Shown: positions 17,256 through 27,227, counted from the first letter of the stretch. The stretch is DNA of 36,059 nucleotides from Patescibacteria group bacterium (GCA_030550735.1 JAUQOT010000002.1:1-36059); one strand, 5' to 3'. The notes: generated by a model from the sequence alone, not told the origin. Made by a program: numbers and translations.

Positions 17256-18011
17256 ATGAAAAAATTTATTTTTCTTTTTCTTTTTATAATAATTATAGGT
17301 CTTTCTTTAATTTTTCTTTTTCGTTTTTCAAAAAGAAAAGAAATGGAATTTGAAAAAGTAAGTTTTTTAACCATAGATGGAGTAAAAATTGTTGGAAATT
17401 ATTATAAGAACAAAGAAGCAAAATTTGCTGGTATTTTAATTCATATGAGGCCTAAAACAAAAGAAAGCTATCATTCTTTAGCTAAATATCTTCAAGAAAA
17501 AGGTTTAAGTGTTTTAGCTATTGATTTGAGAGGTCATGGCGAAAGTATTGAATCTCCCAAGGGTTATTTAGACTATTTAAAAATGAGTGAAAAAGAAGAA
17601 CAAGAATCTATTAAAGACTTAGAAGCAAGTGTGGGTTTTTTAGAAAAAGAAGGTTTTTCTAAAAATAGAATATTTTTAATTGGAGCAAGTATAGGAGCTA
17701 ATTTAGTTTTTGAATATATGTCAGAGAATGAAGAAATAAAAGCTGGAGTTTTACTATCACCTGGTTATAATTATCGAGGAATAATTTTAGAAAATTTTTA
17801 TAAGGAAAGTTTGAAAGATAAATTTTTAATTGTTTCATCTAAAGATGATCAAGAAATGGCTCTTAAAGGATTTGACTGGTTTAAAGAAAAATACCCCTCA
17901 TCGACTTTTATTTTTTATGAAAAAGGTGGTCATGGAACTGATTATTTAGAAAAATATCCTGATTTAAAGGAAAAAATTTATAATTTTATTTTGGAAAAAT
18001 TAAGTTTTTAG
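17256..18011 (+). CDS. Membrane-anchored alpha/beta hydrolase
   Basis: N-terminal TM, IDLRGHGES, nucleophile elbow GASIG, LSPG, C-terminal GGHG. Confidence 0.88.
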   Translation: MKKFIFLFLFIIIIGLSLIFLFRFSKRKEMEFEKVSFLTIDGVKIVGNYYKNKEAKFAGILIHMRPKTKESYHSLAKYLQEKGLSVLAIDLRGHGESIESPKGYLDYLKMSEKEEQESIKDLEASVGFLEKEGFSKNRIFLIGASIGANLVFEYMSENEEIKAGVLLSPGYNYRGIILENFYKESLKDKFLIVSSKDDQEMALKGFDWFKEKYPSSTFIFYEKGGHGTDYLEKYPDLKEKIYNFILEKLSF

Positions 18012-18019
18012 TGTATAAT
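17991..18019 (+). promoter_or_regulatory. Putative sigma70 promoter TTGGAA-N17-TATAAT
   Basis: -35 at 17991-17996 and -10 at 18014-18019, directly ahead of a long hairpin and a small ORF. Confidence 0.6.
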
Positions 18020-18028
18020 AAATTAAAA

Positions 18029-18078
18029 CTCCTAAGTATCTTCTCTAAAATTTTGTTTAGAGAGGGTATCTTGAGGAG
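18029..18078 (+). promoter_or_regulatory. Long 5' UTR stem-loop (possible cis-regulatory RNA)
   Basis: CTCCT-AAG-TATCTTCTCTAAA [ATTTTG] TTTAGAGAGGGTA-T-CTT-G-AGGAG: about 21 bp including two G-U pairs. Confidence 0.65.
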
Positions 18079-18107
18079 GAAGGTCGATAAAAATAATTAA
18101 AAAATAA

Positions 18108-18263
18108 ATGAGAAATAAAGGATTTAAGAAAAGGCTTTATACTCCTAGGGAAGGAGAATCTTGGATTTGCGCTAAATGTGGAAAACCGATAGATGCTCTT
18201 CCTTTTATCCCTTCTAAAGGAAGACCTGTTTATCATCGTGAGTGCCTTCCTCCTCGGGAATAA
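18108..18263 (+). CDS. Small zinc-ribbon protein (CxxC-x17-CxxC-like; here CxxC-x18-HxxC), 51 aa, absent from the ORF track
   Basis: MRNKGFKKRLYTPREGESWICAKCGKPIDALPFIPSKGRPVYHRECLPPRE*; the C..CG...LPF.P...RPVY..C pattern is characteristic. Confidence 0.85.
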   Translation: MRNKGFKKRLYTPREGESWICAKCGKPIDALPFIPSKGRPVYHRECLPPRE

Positions 18264-18266
18264 AGT

Positions 18267-18956
18267 TTATTTAAAATAAATTTTTTGCGGGATTCTTAGA
18301 TCGATTCTTTTGGGATTTATAAATTTTTGTTCTTTTTGATATTCAAGGAAAATATAAAGTTTTTTAATTTGTTCTTCGTGATCTTTATTGGGATCGAACA
18401 AAAATTGTTGATCTAAATTGTTAATAACACTAATATCAAAGTTTGAGTGAATTATTATTTTTTTTATTTTGAAAGAATAAAGATTCGAAAATTCAAAAAG
18501 AAGATCGAAAAAATTTTTTAATTTAGGATTTAGAAGAGCCCCCTCTTTAATTTCTTTATAAGAAATTATTGTTAAAAAGTTTTCATTGCTTTCTGCTTTT
18601 TTTGTAATTCTTCCGTAATTATCTAAATAATAAGATTTTTGATTGAGAGCATCGTAAATAATCGCTAGAGGTTTGGCAATTTTGAAATTGATAATTATTT
18701 TTCTTTGAAAAAAATTTGGTTTTATATTAATTTCCATAATTTCTTTATTTTCTTCAATTAATTTCTTCGAATTTAAAAATATTAAAATCAACGGTTTGTT
18801 TAAAAAATATTTTTCTCCTAAGAAAATTTTTTCTGGTGGAGATACTCTTAAACTCTTGAAATTAAAGAAAAATACTAAGTAAATAAAAGTAATTAAAATA
18901 AAAAAGAAAAAAACATAATCCCAGTTAATATTCTTTATTTTTCTTTTTCTTTTCAT
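18267..18956 (-). CDS. FtsQ/DivIB-like cell division protein
   Basis: Basic N-tail, single TM, POTRA-like region, YYLDNYG, C-terminal IDLRIPQKIYFK as in FtsQ. Confidence 0.65.
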   Translation of the reverse strand: MKRKRKIKNINWDYVFFFFILITFIYLVFFFNFKSLRVSPPEKIFLGEKYFLNKPLILIFLNSKKLIEENKEIMEINIKPNFFQRKIIINFKIAKPLAIIYDALNQKSYYLDNYGRITKKAESNENFLTIISYKEIKEGALLNPKLKNFFDLLFEFSNLYSFKIKKIIIHSNFDISVINNLDQQFLFDPNKDHEEQIKKLYIFLEYQKEQKFINPKRIDLRIPQKIYFK

Positions 18957-18971
18957 TAAAATAATTTTAAA

Positions 18972-20228
18972 ATGATTGATATAAAAGATCTTTTGAAAAA
19001 TCCTGAAAAATATAAAGAAGGATTAAGGTTAAGAGGTTGGGAAGATGTTTCAATTGTTGACGAAATAGTTTCTTTAAAAGAGAAGATAAATAGATTAATT
19101 GAAGAGAGAGATAATATCAGAGCTTTGATTAATAAAGTTTCCAAAACCAAACCAAGCGATGAAATAATTGAAGAAATAAGAGAAAAAAAGAAGGAATTAA
19201 AGGAAATTGAAACAAAAATAGAAGAATTAGAAAAAATTTTTGAGGAAAAAATTGATTTAATTCCTAATCTTCCAGCCCCAGATGTTCCAAAGGGTAAAGA
19301 TGAAAATGATAATGTTGTTTTGCGAACTTGGGGTGAAATACCAAAATTTGATTTCGAAGTAAAAGATCATTTAGATTTGGGTAAAGAGTACGATTTAATT
19401 GATACTGATAAGGCTGGAGAAGTTGCTGGTTCACGATTTTATTATCTTAAAAACGAGGTTGTTCTTTTAGAAATTGCTTTGATTAAGTTTGTTTTTGATA
19501 CAGTTTTACCTTATGGTTTTATACCAATTATTCCACCTTATTTTATTAAAGAAAAATATTATCGAGGTATGGGAAGAATAACCGGAGCTGATAGGGAAGA
19601 AAGATACTATTTAGAAAAGGATGATCTATTTTTAATAGGAAGTGCTGAACATACAATCGGCCCTTATCATGCTAACGAAATTTTAGATGAGGAAGAGTTG
19701 CCTAAAAGATATCTAGGTTTTTCTCCTTGTTTTCGGCGTGAAGCTGGAAGTTACGGTAAAGATGTTAAAGGAATTTTGAGAACTCATCAATTTGAGAAAG
19801 TAGAAATGTTTAGTTTCACTTTACCGGAGAAATCAGAAGAAGAACATAATTTTCTCCTTTCTTTAGAAGAAAAAATTGTCCAAGCCCTTAAATTACCTTA
19901 TCGAGTTGTTTTTATTTGTACGGGTGATATGGGAAGAACAGATTATAAGCAATATGATATTGAAGTTTGGTTTCCTGGACAAAATAAATATCGAGAAACC
20001 CATTCTTGTTCAAATACGACTGATTATCAAGCTCGAGGAATAAATGCTAGATTTAGGAGAAAAAAAGGTTCCGTTGAATATCTTCATATGTTAAATGCAA
20101 CTGCCTTAGCCATTGGAAGAGCAATTGCCGCCATTTTAGAAAATTATCAAAGAAAAGATTATATTTTAATTCCGGAAGTTCTTGTTCCTTATCTAGGTTT
20201 TGAAAAAATAGAAAGGAAATTTAAATGA
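18972..20228 (+). CDS. serS: Seryl-tRNA synthetase
   Basis: N-terminal coiled coil, IPNLP..DVP.GKDE..N, GSRFYYL, GSAE, CFRREAGSYGKD..G..R.HQFEKVEMF, ETHSCSN. Confidence 0.97.
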   Translation: MIDIKDLLKNPEKYKEGLRLRGWEDVSIVDEIVSLKEKINRLIEERDNIRALINKVSKTKPSDEIIEEIREKKKELKEIETKIEELEKIFEEKIDLIPNLPAPDVPKGKDENDNVVLRTWGEIPKFDFEVKDHLDLGKEYDLIDTDKAGEVAGSRFYYLKNEVVLLEIALIKFVFDTVLPYGFIPIIPPYFIKEKYYRGMGRITGADREERYYLEKDDLFLIGSAEHTIGPYHANEILDEEELPKRYLGFSPCFRREAGSYGKDVKGILRTHQFEKVEMFSFTLPEKSEEEHNFLLSLEEKIVQALKLPYRVVFICTGDMGRTDYKQYDIEVWFPGQNKYRETHSCSNTTDYQARGINARFRRKKGSVEYLHMLNATALAIGRAIAAILENYQRKDYILIPEVLVPYLGFEKIERKFK

Positions 20229-20626
20229 AAAAATATGAGTTTTTAGGGCATACAGCTGATTTTAGAATAAGAGTTTATGGTAGAAATTTTAAAGAAATTA
20301 TTCAAAACTCCCTTTTAGCTTTAAAATCTTTTTGGAAACCAAAATTGACCAAAGAGAAAGAAGAAATATTTTTAGATTTAGAAAATAAAAATCCAGCTTT
20401 TCTTTTGATTGATTTTCTTTCTGAAGTTCTTTCCCAGACATATATTAAAAAAGCAATTTTTTTAAATTTTAACGAAGAAGAGCTTAGCTTAAATAAAATT
20501 AAAGGAAAACTAAATGGTTTCCGGTTTAATTTACTCAAAAAAGATATTAAAGCAATTACTTATCATCAAGCAAATTTCTATGAAAACAAGGGATTATTTA
20601 TTTTTGAGTTTATTATCGATATTTAG
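20225..20626 (+). CDS. Archease (SHS2 domain; RtcB cofactor family)
   Basis: YEFLGHTAD at the N-terminus, IKAITYH, C-terminal IIDI. Confidence 0.9.
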   Translation: MKKYEFLGHTADFRIRVYGRNFKEIIQNSLLALKSFWKPKLTKEKEEIFLDLENKNPAFLLIDFLSEVLSQTYIKKAIFLNFNEEELSLNKIKGKLNGFRFNLLKKDIKAITYHQANFYENKGLFIFEFIIDI

Positions 20627-20641
20627 ATTAAAATTTAATTT

Positions 20642-21589
20642 ATGAAGAAGATAACAGCTATTGGATCAGTTGTTTTGGATATAATTTTGGTTTCCGATGA
20701 AAAAAAACTTGAATTAGGCTCAAAGATAGAAGTTAAAGATTTTGCTTTTTCTTTGGGTGGAGGTGCCTTCAATGCTTCAGCAACTTTTAAAAAACTTGGT
20801 TTAGATCCAAAAATTTATTTTCATTTAGGTAGAGATTTTTTAGGAAGGATAATAGAATCAGAATTAAGAAAAACAAGAATTAATTATAGAATTTTTAGAC
20901 ATAAAAAAAGTACAACCTTCTCGGTTGTCTTTTTACCAGCCAGAGGAGAAAGGTTGATTTTTGTTTTTCGAGGACCTGAATCAGAGTTCACTTTTAAAGA
21001 ATTAAAATCAATTAAGCCCACCCCTTATATTTATATCACACCGGGGAAAACCCCACCCCACGAGCTTTTAAATTATTTAAAATTAATAAGAAACAAAACA
21101 CAACTAATAGGAATTAATCCATCTAAGGTTTTTCTTCAAGATAAAAATTCTTTTAAGGCTCTTTGTTTAACAGATATTGTTTTTATTAATGAAGAAGAAT
21201 CAAGAATTTTTACGAAAGATAAAAAGAGTGATATTATCACTTTAGGAAGAAAAATTTATAAAAAACTTGGATTAAAGATTTTAGTAATCACTTTAGGTGA
21301 TAAAGGTTGTCTTGTTTTCTTTGGAGATAAAATTTATAAGGCGGGTATATTTAAAATAAAAAAATTGATTGATAAAACCGGAGCGGGCGATGCTTTTAGT
21401 TCTGCTTTTTTTGGTTGTTTAGTCTTAAATGAAAAAATTAACGAAGAAAATGTTATAAAAGCCATAATTTGGGGGACAGCAAATTCAAGTTCAGTTATTC
21501 AAGAATTAGGAGCTCAAAATGGGATTTTAAATAAAGATGATTACAAAAAATTTGAAAATAAAAATTTGAAAATAAAAATTCTTCAATGA
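20642..21589 (+). CDS. PfkB/ribokinase family carbohydrate kinase
   Basis: GGGAFN, NEEE, ITLGDKG, DKTGAGDAF. Confidence 0.92.
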   Translation: MKKITAIGSVVLDIILVSDEKKLELGSKIEVKDFAFSLGGGAFNASATFKKLGLDPKIYFHLGRDFLGRIIESELRKTRINYRIFRHKKSTTFSVVFLPARGERLIFVFRGPESEFTFKELKSIKPTPYIYITPGKTPPHELLNYLKLIRNKTQLIGINPSKVFLQDKNSFKALCLTDIVFINEEESRIFTKDKKSDIITLGRKIYKKLGLKILVITLGDKGCLVFFGDKIYKAGIFKIKKLIDKTGAGDAFSSAFFGCLVLNEKINEENVIKAIIWGTANSSSVIQELGAQNGILNKDDYKKFENKNLKIKILQ

Positions 21590-22875
21590 TAAAGAGGATT
21601 AAAAATCTTTTGAAATCCCATTTTTCGATTTTAGAAAATACTTTCTGGCTTTATCTTTCAGAAATAACGAGCAGGAGTTTGCATTTAATTTTATTTTTAA
21701 TTATTGCTCGTCTTCTCGGAAAAGAAATTTTAGGTTTATTTTCTTATGTTGTTTCTTTGGCTGGTTTTTATTTTATTTTTTCTGATTTTGGAATATCCCA
21801 GCTTTTGATTCGTGATTATCAACAAAAAGAGAATAAAGAAAATTTAATTAAAAACTCTTTAGTGCTCAAAATTTTAGTGAACTTTTTTATTTTTTTAATC
21901 TCTCTTTCAGGTTATTTAGTTTTGAAAAACAAAGAATACAGTTTTCTTCTTTATTTCATCATGATTCTTTATTTTCTTGTTTATTCTTTGAGGGGTTATT
22001 TTACTTCTTTTTTTATAACAATTCATAAAAGTTTTTTTAATTTTTTGAGTAATTTAATAGAAGGAATAACAATTGTTATTTTTATTTTATTTTTATCTTT
22101 AATTTTAAAAAGTTCACTGGCTATTGGTTTAGCTTATTTATTTAGTTCTCTCGCAGCCTTTTTTGTTGTTTTTCTCTTCTTTAAAAAAAACATCAGTTTT
22201 GAATTAAACATCAAAGAACTTTTTAAAAAAGAAAATCTAAACAAAGCAAATTTTATTTATTATTTTAAAAACGGACTTCCTTTGACTTTTTTCGGACTTT
22301 TGGGTTATATTTTCTTTTCTACTGATCAGTTAATTCTTGGACACTTTCGAAATTTTAAAGAAGTAGGAACTTATGCTGTTGCCTCAAAATTGATTTTAGC
22401 CGTTAGTTTTTTGGGTTATCTTTTTTCAACTGCTATTTTCCCTTTAATCTCAAAATTAATTTCTGACTTAAAGAGATTAAAAAAATATTTCTACGCTTTT
22501 TTGATTTTACATTTTCTTTTGGGTTTTTTTACAAGTTTAATAATGATTCCTTTATCGCCTCTTCTTATCTATATAGGTTTTGGAAAAGAATATCTTGATG
22601 CTCTGCCTTTGGTTTATAGTTTAGTTTGGATTTTAATTTTTATGTTTCAAACTAATTTTTTGGATTATGTTCTTCTTGCTTTTAACCTTCAATGGTTAGA
22701 TTTTTTTATAACTCTTATTCCAGCTGTTTTGAATTTAATTCTTAATTTTATTTTAGTTCCTACGTATGGTGCTTTTGGGGCTATTTTTAGCAGTCTTGTT
22801 TCTCAATTGATTAACTTTTTTTTAACCCTGCTTCTTTCTTTATTTGTTATTGAAAAAACTTCAAAAAAAAGTTAA
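21586..22875 (+). CDS. Wzx-like polysaccharide flippase (MOP superfamily)
   Basis: NTFW, ARLLG, DFGI, D.LILG....EVGTY, N..LN..LVP.YGAFGA; about 12 TMs. Confidence 0.88.
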   Translation: MIKRIKNLLKSHFSILENTFWLYLSEITSRSLHLILFLIIARLLGKEILGLFSYVVSLAGFYFIFSDFGISQLLIRDYQQKENKENLIKNSLVLKILVNFFIFLISLSGYLVLKNKEYSFLLYFIMILYFLVYSLRGYFTSFFITIHKSFFNFLSNLIEGITIVIFILFLSLILKSSLAIGLAYLFSSLAAFFVVFLFFKKNISFELNIKELFKKENLNKANFIYYFKNGLPLTFFGLLGYIFFSTDQLILGHFRNFKEVGTYAVASKLILAVSFLGYLFSTAIFPLISKLISDLKRLKKYFYAFLILHFLLGFFTSLIMIPLSPLLIYIGFGKEYLDALPLVYSLVWILIFMFQTNFLDYVLLAFNLQWLDFFITLIPAVLNLILNFILVPTYGAFGAIFSSLVSQLINFFLTLLLSLFVIEKTSKKS

Positions 22876-22889
22876 AATATTTAATTGAA

Positions 22890-23360
22890 ATGCCAAGAAA
22901 AAAGAAAAAACAAAGAAGCTTACTAGTTCTTCTTTTAGAAGATATTCCTCATTTAGGTCAAAAAGGAGAGATCAAAAGCGTTAAACCAGGTTATTTTAAG
23001 TATCTTTTTTCTCAAGGAAAAGTTGCTTTAGCAACTGAAGAAAAATTAAGAAGTGAATTAAAACCACTTCTTTTAGAAACAAAAAAAGAAGAAAGGAAAC
23101 AAGAAATTTTAAAACTAAAAGAAGAAATTGAAAAACTAAGGTTTGAATTTAATTTAAAAATTGGTCCAAAAGGCCAAGTTTTTTCTCCGGTAACAAAAGA
23201 AAAAATTTTGAAAGCTTTTCAAGAAAAGGGTATAAAAATTAATAAATCACAAATTTTATTGAAAGGAAAAATAAAAAATGAAGGAGAATTTGAAATTCCT
23301 ATTAATTTAGGTTATAGCATCCAAACTAATTTAAAAATTATAGTTAAAAGGGGCAGTTAG
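22890..23360 (+). CDS. rplI: 50S ribosomal protein L9 (divergent)
   Basis: VLLLEDIPHLGQKGEIKSVKPGY, G.VFSPVT, IK..GEFEIPINL. Confidence 0.88.
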   Translation: MPRKKKKQRSLLVLLLEDIPHLGQKGEIKSVKPGYFKYLFSQGKVALATEEKLRSELKPLLLETKKEERKQEILKLKEEIEKLRFEFNLKIGPKGQVFSPVTKEKILKAFQEKGIKINKSQILLKGKIKNEGEFEIPINLGYSIQTNLKIIVKRGS

Positions 23361-23422
23361 CTCAACGGAAGAGCGCCTCGTTCACAGCGAGGAGGTTAGA
23401 GGTTCGAATCCTCTACTGCCCA
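23351..23422 (+). tRNA. tRNA-Val(CAC)
   Basis: GGGCAGT/ACTGCCC-A, CCTCG-TTCACAG-CGAGG, AGAGG-TTCGAAT-CCTCT; overlaps the last 10 nt of rplI. Confidence 0.95.
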
Positions 23423-23427
23423 ATTTA

Positions 23428-23436
23428 TGATATAAT
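23428..23436 (+). promoter_or_regulatory. Extended -10 (TGATATAAT) 7 nt before the clpB ATG; likely leaderless transcript
   Basis: Perfect TGnTATAAT and no SD sequence. Confidence 0.55.
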
Positions 23437-23443
23437 TTAATTA

Positions 23444-26053
23444 ATGATACCCAATAACCGCTTTACACTCAAAGCAAGTGAGGCTTTGATGAAAGCTCAT
23501 GACAAAGCCGGCGAACTCCGACATAATGAAGTCAGAGCTCTTCATATTTTATGGGGGGTTCTTTCTGTTGAAGGAGAAATTATTAAAGATATATTTGCTG
23601 AAGCTAAGATAAATCCAGATATAGTTTTAAATGTTATTGAAGATGCTTTAGATAAAATTCCTAGAATTTTTTCGACAGGCGAAATTTCTTCACTTTATTT
23701 AAGTACTGATGCAAGTCAAGTTATTGAAAGAGCTTCTTATTTAGCGAGAAAAATGGGTGATGAGTTTGTTTCTTTAGAGCATCTTCTTTTAGCTTTAGCT
23801 GAAGTAAAAAGTCCAGCAAGAATAGTTTTAGAAAGATTTGGTTTAACAACCGAAAAAATTAATTCAATTTTAATTACTTTAAGAAAAGGTCAAAAAGTAG
23901 TTGATGAAACCCCAGAAGCTAAATATAGAGTTCTTGAAAAGTATAGTATCAATTTAACTGAATTAGCTAAAAAGAATAAACTCGATCCAATTATTGGCAG
24001 AGATACTGAAATTAGAAGAATTATTGAGATTTTATCGAGAAGAACGAAAAATAATCCTGTTTTGATTGGCGAACCAGGAGTAGGGAAAACAGCTATTGTT
24101 GAAGGTTTAGCTCAAAGAATAGTCAAAAATGAAGTTCCCGAATCATTGAAAAATGTAAATATTCTCTCTTTAGATATCGGAGCTTTGATTGCCGGATCAA
24201 AATTTAGAGGCGAGTTTGAAGATAGGTTAAAAGCAGTTATTAAAGAAATTCAATCGGATCCAAGAAGATTTATTCTTTTTGTTGATGAAATGCATACTTT
24301 AGTAGGAGCTGGAGCAGCTGAAGGAGCTATTGATGCTGCTAATCTTTTGAAACCTGTTTTAGCTAAAGGAGAATTAAGAATAATCGGCGCAACAACTTTT
24401 AGAGATTATAAGCTTTATATTGAAAAAGACCCTGCTTTTGCAAGAAGATTTCAACCAGTTATTATTAATGAACCATCAATTGAGGATACAATTGCTATCT
24501 TAAGAGGATTAAAAGAAAAATATGAAATTCATCACGGAGTTAAAATTTTAGATGAAGCAATTGTTGCTGCTGTTAAACTTTCTTCAAGATATATTACTAA
24601 TAGATTTTTACCTGACAAAGCTATTGATGTAATTGATGAAGCTTGTGCAAGTTTAAGAATTCATATTGAAACAACCCCGGCGGAAATAGAAAACTTAAGA
24701 AATGAAATTAAAAAATTGGAAATTGAGAAAGAAGCTTTACTAAGAGAAGAGAAACAAGACAAAGCTAAACTTAAATCAATCGAACAAAAATTAGAAAAAC
24801 TTAAAAAAGACGAAGAAAAAATAGTTACCCGCTGGCAAGCAGAAAAGAAAATAAAAGAAAAATATCAAGATTTAAAAAGAAAATTGGATCTTCTTAAACT
24901 TGAAGTAGAAGCAGCCGAAAGATCAGGAGATTTAACTCGTCTTGCTGAATTAATTTATGGTGAAATACCTGCTTTGGAGAAAGAAATGAAAGAATTAGAA
25001 AATTCATTTAAAAAATCTAAAACAATTTTTATTCGAGATTATGTCACCGCTGAAGATGTAGCCGAAGTGGTTTCTCGTTGGACAGGAATTCCTGTTAAAA
25101 AAATGATGGAAAGTGAAGCCGAAAAGCTTCTTAAAGCTGAAGAAATTTTAAGTCAAAGAGTTGTCGGTCAAGAAGAAGCTATTAGTGCTGTTAGTAATGC
25201 TCTTCGACGTGCTCGTGCCGGTCTTAATGATGAAAATCGTCCAATAGCTTCATTTATGTTTTTAGGTCCAACAGGAGTAGGGAAAACAGAACTAGCAAAA
25301 GCCCTAGCCGAATTTATGTTTAATGATGAAAAAGCGATGATTAGAATTGATATGTCAGAGTATATGGAACCACATTCAGTTGCCAAACTTATTGGTTCAC
25401 CACCTGGTTATGTTGGTTATGAGGAAGGAGGACAACTTACTGAAGCAGTTAAACATAGACCTTATAGTTTAATTCTCTTTGATGAAGTTGAAAAGGCTCA
25501 TCCCGAAGTTTTTAATCTCTTACTTCAAATTCTTGATGATGGAAGATTAACCGATAATAAAGGAACAACTGTTAGCTTCAAAAATACTATAATTATTATG
25601 ACTTCTAATATTGGAACTCATTACTTTAGAAAAATAGGTTCATTAGGTTTTACTACTCAAGTTGGAGAATTTGATAATCTAAGAGAAAAGATAATGTCAT
25701 CACTAAAAGAATTCTTTAAACCAGAATTTCTCAATCGTATTGATGATATTATAATCTTTAAACCACTTTCAAAAGAAGCTCTAACAAAAATTGTTGATCT
25801 TCAGTTAAATAGAGTTAAGAAAAGATTAGAAGAAAAAAATATCTTTGTTGAATTTAGTGATAAGGTAAAAGAACTTTTGATTGAAAAAGGCTTTGATGAG
25901 GTTTATGGTGCTCGTCCTCTGCAAAGAGCTATTCAAAAATATATTCTTAATCCTTTAGCTGAAAAAATTATAGCTCAAAAATTAAAAACTGGTCAAAAAT
26001 TATTAGTTGAAATTAAACAATCAGGCGACTTAGTTCTTTCACCAATAAAGTAA
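23444..26053 (+). CDS. clpB: Chaperone/disaggregase ClpB
   Basis: Two AAA modules ([16 protein letters not shown]), long coiled-coil middle domain, [13 protein letters not shown]. Confidence 0.93.
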   Translation: MIPNNRFTLKASEALMKAHDKAGELRHNEVRALHILWGVLSVEGEIIKDIFAEAKINPDIVLNVIEDALDKIPRIFSTGEISSLYLSTDASQVIERASYLARKMGDEFVSLEHLLLALAEVKSPARIVLERFGLTTEKINSILITLRKGQKVVDETPEAKYRVLEKYSINLTELAKKNKLDPIIGRDTEIRRIIEILSRRTKNNPVLIGEPGVGKTAIVEGLAQRIVKNEVPESLKNVNILSLDIGALIAGSKFRGEFEDRLKAVIKEIQSDPRRFILFVDEMHTLVGAGAAEGAIDAANLLKPVLAKGELRIIGATTFRDYKLYIEKDPAFARRFQPVIINEPSIEDTIAILRGLKEKYEIHHGVKILDEAIVAAVKLSSRYITNRFLPDKAIDVIDEACASLRIHIETTPAEIENLRNEIKKLEIEKEALLREEKQDKAKLKSIEQKLEKLKKDEEKIVTRWQAEKKIKEKYQDLKRKLDLLKLEVEAAERSGDLTRLAELIYGEIPALEKEMKELENSFKKSKTIFIRDYVTAEDVAEVVSRWTGIPVKKMMESEAEKLLKAEEILSQRVVGQEEAISAVSNALRRARAGLNDENRPIASFMFLGPTGVGKTELAKALAEFMFNDEKAMIRIDMSEYMEPHSVAKLIGSPPGYVGYEEGGQLTEAVKHRPYSLILFDEVEKAHPEVFNLLLQILDDGRLTDNKGTTVSFKNTIIIMTSNIGTHYFRKIGSLGFTTQVGEFDNLREKIMSSLKEFFKPEFLNRIDDIIIFKPLSKEALTKIVDLQLNRVKKRLEEKNIFVEFSDKVKELLIEKGFDEVYGARPLQRAIQKYILNPLAEKIIAQKLKTGQKLLVEIKQSGDLVLSPIK

Positions 26054-26056
26054 AAA

Positions 26057-26245
26057 ATGATGAAAATTTTAAATGATATTAAAGGATATTTAAAAGAATC
26101 CTGGTTAGAACTTAAAAAAGTTAATTGGCTTAGCATCAATGAAACAATTAAAATAACTTCTGATGTTATAATATTTACTACTATTTTTTTAGTTTTTTTC
26201 GCTTTAATAGAAATTATTTTTATAAGTCTAATTTTAGTTAAATAA
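26057..26245 (+). CDS. secE: Preprotein translocase subunit SecE
   Basis: ELKKVNW motif plus a single TM, upstream of nusG. Confidence 0.9.
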   Translation: MMKILNDIKGYLKESWLELKKVNWLSINETIKITSDVIIFTTIFLVFFALIEIIFISLILVK

Positions 26246-26247
26246 AA

Positions 26248-26793
26248 ATGCCCAAACAAAGATTAAATTTAGGTAGAGGTTGGTATGCAATACATACTGT
26301 TGTTGGTTTTGAAGAAATTGTAGCTCAAAGTATTCTTCAAAGAGCTGAAGATTTTGATGTTAAAGATAAAATTTTTAGAGTTCTTGTTCCTAAGGAAAAA
26401 GTTTGGGAAATTAAACAAGGTAAACGACAACTTGTTGAAAAAAAAATTTATCCAGGTTATGTTTTTATTGATATGATTGTTGATGATCTTTCTTGGTATG
26501 TTATTAGAAACACTCCCAAAGTAACAGGTTTTGTAGGTGTCGGTGCAACCCCTATTCCAATAAACGAAGAAGAGATTAAGGAAATATTGTCGAGGATAGA
26601 AAAAGAAGAACCAACTATTCAAACCGAATTTTCTGTTGGTGATGTTGTTGAAATTGTTCATGGTATTTTTAAAGGCTTGAAAGGAAAAATTGTTGAGATT
26701 GATTATGATAGACAAAAAGCAAAAGTTTTAATTCCTATCATGGGCAGAGAAACTCCCGTCGAAGCTGATTTTCTCCAAATTAAAAAATTGTAA
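26248..26793 (+). CDS. nusG: Transcription factor NusG
   Basis: WYAIHT..G.E, YPGYVFIDM, IRNTPKVTGFVG, KOW domain, GRETPVE. Confidence 0.97.
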   Translation: MPKQRLNLGRGWYAIHTVVGFEEIVAQSILQRAEDFDVKDKIFRVLVPKEKVWEIKQGKRQLVEKKIYPGYVFIDMIVDDLSWYVIRNTPKVTGFVGVGATPIPINEEEIKEILSRIEKEEPTIQTEFSVGDVVEIVHGIFKGLKGKIVEIDYDRQKAKVLIPIMGRETPVEADFLQIKKL

Positions 26794-26801
26794 AAACAAA
26801 A

Positions 26802-27227
26802 ATGGCAAAGAAAGTAAAGATTAAATTGAAACTTATTATTCCTGGTGGAAAAGCAACACCAGCACCACCACTTGGTCCATCATTAGCACCTCATGGTATT
26901 AATATTGTTGAATTTTGTAATAAGTTTAATCAAATGACTAAAGATATGGAAGGAATTGAAGTTCCTGTTTATTTGACTATTTATGAAGATAAAACTTTTG
27001 ATATAAAAATAGGTACTCCGCCAATTAGTACGCTTATAAAAATGGCTCTAAAAATTGAAAAAGGATCACACGAACCGGGAAGAAATTTTGTTGGAAGTTT
27101 GACTAAAGAAGATGTAAGGAAGATAGCTGAAAAAAAATTATCTGAATTGAATACAAGAGATATTGAAAAGGCAATGAAAATAGTTGAAGGAGTTGCTAAA
27201 TCAATGGGTGTTAAAATTATTGAATGA
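26802..27227 (+). CDS. rplK: 50S ribosomal protein L11
   Basis: GKATPAPPLGP, FCNKFN, TPP, AKSMG. Confidence 0.97.
   Translation: MAKKVKIKLKLIIPGGKATPAPPLGPSLAPHGINIVEFCNKFNQMTKDMEGIEVPVYLTIYEDKTFDIKIGTPPISTLIKMALKIEKGSHEPGRNFVGSLTKEDVRKIAEKKLSELNTRDIEKAMKIVEGVAKSMGVKIIE

Noticed and set aside
17006..17374. ORFs 17006-17248 (+) and 17081-17374 (-)
   Set aside because: Shadow ORFs across the Asp/Ile/Leu tRNA genes
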